From Ginkgo biloba (lineage: Eukaryota > Plantae > Ginkgophyta): a stretch of 19,125 nt of DNA. Shown here one piece after another: positions 10,341 to 19,125 of this stretch; within the stretch, counting starts at the first letter, position 1, and each line of letters opens with the position of its first letter. A program made the translations under genes and the position numbers. The stretch covers positions 135,170,491 to 135,189,615 of the forward strand of contig JANKJI020000002.1 of assembly GCA_024626585.2 (NCBI GenBank). Reading direction: 5' to 3'. The notes beneath the pieces were generated by a model. It saw only the letters and a list, made by a program, of their open reading frames with translations, was not told the DNA's origin and did not search any database.

Positions 10341-12430
10341 AGGATCTAGAGATAACATAGTTAATAGTGTCTCTTAGATATCAAAACAATTCAAAAGTAC
10401 AAGGTTTCTTTGAATCAAACTTCAACAGAGGTTAGAAAGATTAAAAGCTCAAATGTTATTTAGGAGAATTGATACCAAGTTGTCTTTCATACAAATGGGA
10501 TGCATTTCATAAAATCATTAAAGATTTTCACATCTTCTTATGAATCCAGATTCATTACAACAAGTTGGGCAATGCATTAATAGATTGTAGTGATTGATGG
10601 CCATTTGTCGTGCAATCAAGATTGCTTTGGCATTGTTTTTTCATTACATCGGGCTTGTGTTTGTGCAATTATCTATCATTGATCAAGCTTGTGTATCCAC
10701 TTGGCCAACAATATTGGGACAATAGCCAAGAATTGCTTCACTTTGTGCATGGAAAAATTGAATACAAACTTTGACACAATGTAGCGATTATTCTCTACTT
10801 CAGCAAGAATGTAATCATCGATGAGTTGATTTCACCACAAATGGATCTTTGCTTTGTCAACTCGCCACCCATCACAAATCTAATGAAGAGGGATTGGAAT
10901 TCCCATCATATGTCGTCAACATTGACTCCCAAATTCATATTTTCTTCAAATCTTAATCACGACTGCTATTGCCACTTATGATTGGGAAGCCCCATGCTCA
11001 TTCCAAATTGGCAATGACGTGAAATGTTGAGTACAAATTACCAAGTTAAAACTCTAGATTAACATTGGAATTTCAAAATCATTCCATGTGCAAGATCAAT
11101 TGCATCAATAAATGGGACATTGGGACTCAGCAACAACAATATATCTANNNNNNNNNNNTGGGAAAGATACATATGGGATTGCTAGAGAATTAGACCAATG
11201 CATGTGCAATGATGATCATATTACAAAAGAATAGGTGGCCCTTTATAGGTGGAGAGAACTCCCTACATGGCCATGGGCAGTCATTGATCACAGTTGACAT
11301 AACAAATCACTAATGGTCATCTCTTGGTAATTGGAATATCGCATAATCAATTGAGTAAGATAAATCACCTATCTAATCATTGAACTATCGTTGGGAGCCT
11401 CCCCAACATCTTGGNNNNNNNNNNCAAGCGTCATGCGGTAGTTGCCTGTCAGTGTTCAACTACTACTAATATTGTATGGCGGATGGTTTTGCTCCTGGCC
11501 TATACAAAATGTCGGGGATAACTACAGTATAAAATAGCTGCTAGCACGGGCTACTATTACGACCATTTTTAATCTTGGAACTTTTGTTGTCTCCAACCTA
11601 GCATTTGGCCACTGGTTTATTTGATATATTTGAATCTTATAAATTTTTCCCGTCATTCTTTCCATTTTGCTCCAGAATTAACACGAGGTTTCATTGTTTC
11701 ATAGGTAGCATTTGAAGATCCCTGAATCTCCTGGGGCTTAGTAAGACCATGCCATCGATGTGACAAGAGTTGATAGGTTTTTGGCCCGTTTGTGAAGCCT
11801 AGACCTTGTTACTCTGAAAGTGATGCTTGAAAGTTCAGGTTTAAGCAATGGCTCCAATATGTTTGTTAAAACTGGATCCTGCCAGTTAGGAACACTATGC
11901 TGCATGCTGTTAATTTGAAGATGCACATAGATTTTCTCATATGCTTTTGTTTACACTTATATGCAAAAGAAATTAAACACAGATGTGATTGTTATAAATT
12001 AACACTTCTTATAGCAAGCAGATATTATGGCCTTTGTAACTCCGTCCCTGTTACCCCATCTTTTCCTCATACAATGCAATATCAATGTCCAGTTGGTAAG
12101 CATATATATGGATTGATTGCCTCCTGATATGCNNNNNNNNNNNNNNNNNNNNNNNNNNNNNNNNNNNNNNNNNNNNNNNNNNNNNNNNNNNNNNNNNNNN
12201 NNNNNNNNNNNNNNNNNNNNNNNNNNNNNNNNNNNNNNNNNNNNNNNNNNNNNNNNNNNNNNNNNNNNNNNNNNNNNNNNNNNNNNNNNNNNNNNNNNNN
12301 NNNNNNNNNNNNNNNNNNNNNNNNNNNNNNNNNNNNNNNNNNNNNNNNNNNNNNNNNNNNNNNNNNNNNNNNNNNNNNNNNNNNNNNNNNNNNNNNNNNN
12401 NNNNNNNTGCTTTACAACCATTTTTCCCGG

Positions 12431-12492
12431 TGTTGTGACTGGTGTGTCACTTCTGCGACTGGCAGCCTGAGTACCCTGTGACTGGCAGCCTG
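12431..12492. repeat. Short degenerate direct repeats (GACTGG x3; GACTGGCAGCCTG x2) in a GC-richer patch next to a gap
   Basis: GACTGG occurs at 12437, 12457 and 12480. The 13-mers at 12457-12469 and 12480-12492 are identical. Confidence 0.6.
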
Positions 12493-13217
12493 TTGTCAAC
12501 CAGTTACTTAGGCGCTTATTCATCTGAAAGCCAGCATTCTTACCATGAGCCATTGCTTAGCCGTATTCACCACGGGGTCAAATACAAGGCATACAGACAA
12601 CTCATTTATCATATGTTGGATAATAATAAGCAAATTTCTCAACTCATTTTGTTGGGGATTCTAGATAGAAGGGAAGCTCCTACTAGCTCCATCTTCTAGT
12701 CAAAACAAAATGTGTCAATAAAGGATTTAAAGCAGGGTTGAATAACACTTCCCTAGAGCTGGAGTCCATTTGAATGCCATACACAAACAGTTGCTTCTAA
12801 AATATGTGTTTAAGAGGACCCCTTCTGTGGCAGAAATATCACTTGGTATTCCACTAGACGTGGCTTTTGCCACTTCAGGGGATTGCTCACTTGTAATTTG
12901 ATTCGGAACTTGGGTACCATTCTGACCATGAAATTGATTCAGAACTTCATTTTTTCCACGTATTAATATTTAGGCCANNNNNNNNNNNNNNNNNNNNTGG
13001 TAAATTATGTTATGATCCTTAAATTAACAAAGTTCCTCTTATTCAGTGCAGTGAGTGGTGAGCAGTCTCATGAAATATTTCTTGTTCAATGTCTTTTTTG
13101 GCTTATGGAGTTGTTTTCTGGAAGTTCAATGTCTGGCAACAACAAATACATATACTGTGTTTTATGAATGTTATAGGTTGATGAATTGAATGATTTAGAT
13201 CCTTGTATCTTCTACAG

Positions 13218-13286
13218 GTTCCACTCATTAACAAAGACCGGGAAGGAGAATCTCCATTGAGAGCCCTTCTAGAAGACATACACATG
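13218..13286 (+). CDS. JMJ31: Internal coding exon C of the JMJ31-like gene
   Basis: Acceptor tcttctacag| and donor atg|gttaga. The 69 nt encode VPLINKDREGESPLRALLEDIHM, matching the recalled (V/F)PI(M/L)NxExEExxxLxxLxxDIQx that follows QIYLAQ. Confidence 0.87.
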
Positions 13287-13728
13287 GTTAGACATCTTTC
13301 ATTTCATGACTTCAAATAATTATTGTTCCCCAGTTCCAAAATTCATTGATTGTTTTTGTCAAAAAAATACTGATATGGCTTGATGGCATTTCAATACTAG
13401 ATTGTGTTGACCCTGAAGGGAAATATTATGCATAGTCATCCATTACATATCCATATAAATATAACAAATCACAGATTGCATCTCTCACCTGTGATCTGCT
13501 ATTCAGGTCACTACTCACACATTACATGATTATCACCTTCTACTTATCACTTTGTATGTCAGTTAACAATTAGAACAACTAATCTTTACCACTTACAACT
13601 AACTTCTGATTCATCATTAGATTTCCTTAATTACATTAAAACAAGTGACACTTATACAAAATATATGCATGAATGACATAAAGATTTAACATTATGCACT
13701 AGGAGTCAAAATCAATTATCCCACTGTA

Positions 13729-13745
13729 TTTTTTTTTTTTTTTTT
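13729..13745. repeat. T17 homopolymer (A17 on the minus strand)
   Basis: Directly visible. Confidence 0.95.
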
Positions 13746-15646
13746 CTCAAAGTGCCATTGCTGTGTAAATACTAAATAGCCTTCAATTGGAGTTGCAATC
13801 CTCGCAATCTGCTCAACTGCTACAGCCCACACTTAGGTTGCTGCAATTAACTTGCTNNNNNNNNNNNNNNNNNNNNNNNNNNNNNNNNNNNNNNNNNNNN
13901 NNNNNNNNNNNNNNNNNNNNNNNNNTCCAAAACTGGCAGCGATCTGGCTACAATCCAACCATGCCCAAAATGATCTTCTCTGCTTCTCAAACAACTGTAT
14001 GAGCTGATAGTGGCATATACCTTCCTGTTTGTATTCTAGCAGCTTGCCCAGAAAATGGAAAGATTTGTTGCTTACCCAGTCTATATCTGTCCCAGTCTGC
14101 TCCTTCCTTAACACTACATCAAATTTTCATTTCTCATGGATGAGATTTGCTTCCTCCCCCCGCAATGAAAAATGTACTATGTTGAAACTTCAACATTGTT
14201 GAGGTTATCAAAGCTCACCTTTTGTCACAGGAGCCACATCTTGAGGCAGAAGCACATTATGGCGACATAGCAATTGAATAGTTGATTTCACTGCACCTTC
14301 ATATGCTACTTTGACACATTTCGAGGTAATGCTTGTACTTTGCTTTTGCTGCGTCTTGAGCTGTCATAGCTTGCGGCATAAAGAACATATTTCCCTCTTA
14401 TAGCTGCCTCTGTATTAACTGCTCATTTCCTTAGTTGTTTCCCTCAAATCTTTTTCAGGTTGCACATCAGCTGCCACTGCTTCCTCCAATTTACCATTTG
14501 GTTGATACAATTCCTGTCTTTTAAGGCTTGTTTGGATCACCTGAGCGCCTAAAGGAATAACCAGATCCTTCNNNNNNNNNNNNNNNNNGAATATTCGTTT
14601 TAAATCACCTAGTAAATTGTTGTTGTGCATCTTGTGCAGGGCCAACATCACTTGCCCATACCTTTATGAAATCAAATAGGAAACATAGCTCCTCTATCTT
14701 AGGAACTTCTACAAAATTCTATTTAATTCTTCCATTGCCATCAATGCCTAAGTGCGAGCACGGGACTCCAATTCACAAATGTTACAAACACAAAACTGAA
14801 GCTGGAAGCCATATTACAACGTAGAGAGAAGAAACAAAAATGCAAGCTTGCGTGTGTAAGGAAGAAGGTACAAGGACATGAAGGCCTTACACTTGTCACT
14901 GAACCTGGTTCAAACCATGAACACCTCCAAGTGAAGACCAATTTTAAGAAAGAAGTCAAATGAGCAAGTGGGAAAGAGTGAAGAGGCAAAAGCCAAGAAG
15001 CCCTTTTGNNNNNNNNNNNNNNNNNNNNNNNNNNNNNNNNNNNNNNNNNNNNNNNNNNNNNNNNNNNNNNNNNNNNNNNNNNNNNNNNNNNNNNNNNNNN
15101 NNNNNNNNTACAAGTGGGTGAACATTAACAAATCATTGGACAGGGATTTTACTGCATGTAGAAAAAAAATTCAGAGGATGTTGATGACTCTATAGTATGC
15201 ATATGCAAGTGTACAAGCAAGTTGTATCCAAGTAAGATTTTTTCTTAGCTATTCCTAAGGAGATTGTTCAAATGTTGTCTATTAATTTATTTGTTATATT
15301 TTATTTGATGGTACACACTGTTATACAGGTTGTTATGCCATTAAAAATAATATTACTAAAATGGTTATGTGAAGACATATATGTGTGTTGATTTTTGTTG
15401 TACACTACTTCTACTATTGCTAGAACATGTATGTGATTCTAGAAAGTTAATATATGTTCCCATATGCTCTTAAATGTTGGTGTCGATGCATAAGGAATAT
15501 TTACAAGTGTATGCATGAAAACCATTTGTTCCCAATGCATATTGATCATGGATATTTATGATAAGCCATTTTTGTATTTTGTTGCCATTGGAGGATAGTT
15601 ATTTGTTTTGAAAAGGACAAGGACATTCAACCTAGTAGAGTTTGGG

Positions 15647-15891
15647 CGATTACTCATGAGGTTTGGGTAATCCTTTTATGGATTGCTTATGGAGTCTAAA
15701 CAATCCAAGGTGCTCACAGAGCAGCCTCTCATGGTTTACACAAAGTCATGCTATCACTGATGAATTGGGCATCGGCCCACAGAGATTCATGTCATCCTCA
15801 TGGGGTTGTCTGGTTGGCAGATGAATTCACTAGCAACCATGATAAGGGAATGAATATCACTGTCCTTTCTACTTTAGGTAGTGTCCTAACA
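15647..15891 (+). repeat. 3' part of a 5' LTR of a Gypsy element (true 5' boundary not determined)
   Basis: Direct repeat of 16556-16804 (about 75% identity by manual alignment). Ends in CA and is followed by a PBS and gag. Confidence 0.85.
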
Positions 15892-15910
15892 TTGGTTGGC
15901 TATACTAAAA

Positions 15911-15924
15911 TGGTATCAGAGCCA
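15911..15924 (+). promoter_or_regulatory. Primer-binding site complementary to initiator tRNA-Met
   Basis: TGGTATCAGAGCCA, the canonical plant tRNA-iMet PBS. Confidence 0.92.
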
Positions 15925-15951
15925 AGTCCAGTTCATTCTTGAAGTTGCAAA

Positions 15952-16455
15952 ATGACCATAGTAGAGGAACTTTTGAAAGAGCAACTAAGAGTCCAAAGCG
16001 CTTAGTTGAGAGCCCAAGAGGCCTATGCATAGAAGTTGGAGAGTATGCCCAATGCAATACTTAGCAGTAATACAGTTGTTGATGACAAGAACAATGCCAA
16101 TCGCGAGGTAGTTGGCAACACAAGAGGGGGTAGCATTGGACAAGTATACTAGTGGAGGACTAGAAGCATCATTTGGTGTTTTTATTAAGGTACTAAAAGT
16201 CTTAAGGCAAAATGATGACCATGACCATATGGAAGTTGAAACTTCTAGTACTCTCCCTTCCTCTGCCCATGAACTCCAATTGTTTGAAAGTTCAAGGCAA
16301 TTGAAGACCATGAAGGCACTTGAATATGAAGGTAAAGGAAGAGCTCTAGAGTTTCACACTTGGGCAAGGGGTCTGAAGAATTATTTCCAAAATTTTCATA
16401 TAGTTCTCAAAAATCAAAAGCTTGTGGCTGAATTTCTGTTGAGGGGTGATGCTGC
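15952..16455 (+). mobile_element. Decayed gag of a tRNA-iMet-primed Gypsy (chromovirus-like) element
   Basis: ATG about 30 nt after the PBS, with in-frame stops and a frameshift, then KALEYEGKGRALEFHTWARGLKNYF...KLVAEFLLRGDA (gag pattern YxGxxxAxExxxWxxxxxxYF...AxxxLxGDAxxWW). Truncated by a 100-N gap. Confidence 0.85.
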
Positions 16456-16555
16456 NNNNNNNNNNNNNNNNNNNNNNNNNNNNNNNNNNNNNNNNNNNNN
16501 NNNNNNNNNNNNNNNNNNNNNNNNNNNNNNNNNNNNNNNNNNNNNNNNNNNNNNN

Positions 16556-16804
16556 ACGATTACTTTACTCATGGATTTTGGGTAATTGTTTTGTGGATTG
16601 CTTATGGATTTTGTGTAATCGAACGCATTCATAGAGTAGCCTTTGGTGGTTTACATGAAGTTGTACTATCACTTGTGGATTGGGTGTTGGCCTACACAAA
16701 GTCGTGTTATGCATGGGGTTGATTCGTTGGCAGATGAGTTGACTAGTAGTCGTGATAAGAAAACGAATGTCATTGTCCTTTCTACATCAAATAGTGCCCT
16801 CACA
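16556..16804 (+). repeat. Second LTR copy (5' part hidden in the gap)
   Basis: Aligns almost gap-free with 15647-15891 and ends ...gccctcaCA. Confidence 0.85.
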
Positions 16805-18554
16805 TTGGTAATCATTTAATATATTCTTTGCAATCAAGATTAAGATTGGAGTAGTTCTCATTCATTGACTTGTAAAGATCTTTTCATGCACCATACATTT
16901 TTGTATCTAGCTTCACCTTGAATCTTTGTAAATGGTGCATAGGTTGGTTGTATGACAACAAAGCAAAGCCCAACTTACATTACTCAAGAAACTAGGCTTC
17001 TAGTGAGACACATTTTGCACAATATTCTTACATTTGTCCATCCCATCATTTTTTAGAATGACGAATCACAATGTCTTCCTACAATTGGAAAAACACAAGT
17101 CTCTAGGAAGTTTTTGACACACCAGGAGAGGTTGAAGTTTTTGGTGTAGGAAATTTTCCCTTGTTCCATCACCACATAACAACGAACACTTCTTCAACAT
17201 CATTAGCAAGGGATGTTCAAGTAGATGTAATCCATCCTTTCCCATTTGTAGGTTGCGAGTGGATTGAGTGGCAAAAGTATTACCTANNNNNNNNNNNNNN
17301 NNGATAAGAGATCGCAACAAACTAAACTCACTCTTATCTTTCTCAAGTCCACTAGGGAAGTTGCAATCACTACATCATCATCAACTCCAACTGATCCCAC
17401 TTGGGTCTCACTTGTTTTGATCTTCTTTAATAGCAAGAATGGTAAACTCGATGCACTATTTGCGGAATAGGTCATATAACAATTCTAAAATTGCTACTTT
17501 CTTCTTGATTGTTTTGGAGTCTTAGACAGTAGTTCAGTCAACTCATGTTAGTTCTCAACCCTGTACCAAACATCAATCATCTAATAAGGGTAATTTGTGG
17601 TAACCCATTTGACATTTCAACCAAACATTGAGGCATTACTAGCATAATCAATATGTATGGCCTGTAAACATGCGTGACTTTCTTGGCAATAACGATCTCA
17701 TCCAACTATTATTGCCCTTTATCACGAACATATGCAATTTAACTAAACTCAACTTCCTTAGCCAATTTATTTTATGGTTGGGGACAAATTTGTTGCTAAA
17801 TAGGCCTTCATATGAACCAAAGATACTTGAGCAATTATTAAGTGCATTAATCATTGCAATCACACATCCTTAATATCTTTAGTAATTACACGATTCAATG
17901 TAGTAGCAACCGAAGAATTGCATAGTAGCGTCAGAACTTCAACAAAATCTAATTTTTTCCTTTCAATCATCTGGCCAATGTTCCATGGGCCCAACACCAC
18001 AAAAGCAACCATCTCAAAGACATCAACAAAGTAGGATGATCTATCACCATACAAATTACATGTTTTACAAATTGTTGTTCTATGAGAATCGACAAAAAAA
18101 TTGGTAGATGATCGATCCTTGATTTGACCAACAGAATTTGTTGTTCATCCTCAATCGACCAAGATAACCTATCTTGCATAAGTCATCATTGCAATGCTAA
18201 TAGATTCATTCTTGTTCAGAGTGAATACTTGCTCCCATCCAAGTTCATGGCTTCATATTTTCCAAATTGCAAATTCTTGATTGGACTATTTTAGATTGGA
18301 CATGCTTTAAATACTTCAGACAACCGTTTGATCATGCTTTGATGTGATCTTTGCACCTCATAATCTCCCACGGCTTAGACTTCACTTCTGTGATTGCACT
18401 AGACACTTCACCTGCAATTGTGAAGCAACATGGACAACTATTGGTTAAAATAACCAATTGACCAACTAACCACATGATTGAACTTGCTAATTGGTTCAAT
18501 CTCCTTTATAGAAGTCATATCTCCATCAAAATGTTCAAATTGACAATGTAGATA

Positions 18555-19065
18555 GATCTGGTGAGAAGGTTTCTCAACCCTCCGACATATATCATATTTC
18601 TAAGCCTAAGTCATCCATATCCTTAAACAAGATAGGCAACTAGAAACCAACATTCATGTTCCTCCATCATGTTGCCTCACCAACGACATAACCAACTATC
18701 AGTCTTTCATGGGCTTGACACAAAACGTATTGCAATTCGTACTCCATTACATAACGCCAGAGAACTTCACCACTCTCAATTCTAGAAAGTTGATTTTCCA
18801 AGCTTCAGTACAATTATATTCTTGAAAACGTAGCAACCTTCTACTTACTCGACCGTGCGAAAGTGGCTTGTTCACTAAGTATATGAGTTCCTAATGATTC
18901 CCATAAAAAGTGAATAGATTTGCCAACTGTTAATGTCAAAATTTTTGAATGGCATAGACCAATCCTTGTAATTTAGTTACAATGTAGTGCTTTTTTGTTG
19001 GTTTTGATTTCCAACTTGCACAATAAATCAGATTATCAAACTTACCATTTGCAATATTTACTATT
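18555..19065 (-). mobile_element. Decayed Gypsy RNase H-integrase(Zn) fragment, same type as 3878-5616
   Basis: GKFDNLIYCASWK, GLVYAIQKF*H*QLAN, YLVNKPLSHGRVSRRLLRFQEY, SRIESGE|VLWRYVMEYE, QAHE, GF*LPILFKD and YDICRRVEKPS. Confidence 0.9.
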
Positions 19066-19125
19066 TGTTGATGTTACAAGCACGAAATTGCTAAAACAAA
19101 GAAAGAAGGAAGAAAGCATGATTCA

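Larger units (their letters stand above)
3500..13217 (+). other. Long TE-filled phase-0 intron of the JMJ31-like gene (9.7 kb as assembled; contains five 100-N gaps)
   Basis: GT at 3500 and ccttgtatcttctacag acceptor at 13201-13217. The splice joins QIYLAQ to VPLIN, contiguous with the QIYLAQ(V/F)PI(M/L)N of homologues, so no coding exon appears to be missing. Confidence 0.8.
1550..16555. other. Assembly gaps: eight of exactly 100 N plus several of other lengths
   Basis: 100-N runs at 1550-1649, 3573-3672, 5758-5857, 6863-6962, 8584-8683, 9818-9917, 15009-15108 and 16456-16555. A run of 100 N is the usual placeholder for unknown length. Confidence 0.95.

Noticed and set aside
11696-11780. 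Acceptor-like sites (tttgctccag, ttgtttcatag) as an extra exon in the long intron
   Set aside because: The frames following the second acceptor hit stops quickly, and the exon B-exon C junction is already contiguous with homologues.
11999-12553. Long ORF-track entries that span N runs (e.g. 184 aa and 117 aa here, also 5702-6022 and 14910-15195)
   Set aside because: Their length is an artefact of translating through gaps.
14459-14524. tttttcag|VAHQLPLLPPIY as a later JMJ31 exon (cf. PxLYPMPIY)
   Set aside because: The resemblance is superficial, it lacks the WPPS motif and ends in a stop, and the intervening HxD exon is absent.
14240-14640. FAR1/SWIM-like LLCRH and KCBP-FERM-like DAQQQF motifs on the minus strand
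   Set aside because: These are isolated 5-6 residue matches with no supporting flanking motifs.
15647-16804. TRIM or miniature LTR element
   Set aside because: The short internal length depends on a 100-N placeholder gap that interrupts gag, so the true size is unknown.
1-19125. Prokaryotic-type systems (CRISPR arrays, retrons, DGRs, operons) or RNA genes suggested by the multiple RT sequences
   Set aside because: All RT sequences carry Gypsy or L1 motifs and are pseudogenised, and spliceosomal introns are present. I saw no regularly spaced repeats, tRNA or rRNA.

Overview
AT-rich, gap-riddled eukaryotic (land-plant) genomic DNA. Gymnosperm origin is an inference from the retroelement motifs and the very long introns. 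The ORF track shows no intact gene. The organising feature is a host gene it misses: three short, phase-0, GT-AG internal exons on the + strand (3048-3131, 3326-3499, 13218-13286). They splice in frame to ALVGSSVVEAMLSRSGSVFYGDIRSHDR|MPVPFSSFISLCK...QIYLAQ|VPLINKDREGESPLRALLEDIHM, which I recognise as the region N-terminal to the catalytic motif of the plant JmjC-only protein JMJ31 (Arabidopsis AT5G19840-like). Everything else is therefore probably intronic and is largely a graveyard of decayed transposons: several Ty3/Gypsy gag/PR/RT/RNaseH/integrase relics in both orientations, an LTR-PBS(tRNA-iMet)-gag-[gap]-LTR unit, an L1 LINE fragment, and decayed ORFs of unknown function. Eight gaps of exactly 100 N are probably unsized, so true distances and adjacencies are uncertain. 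I found no convincing new biological system. The best leads are the unknown ORF relics, a possible poly(A)-tailed retrocopy, a duplicated already-dead RT and a GTAC motif cluster. All family assignments come from manual translation and recalled motifs, not from database searches.
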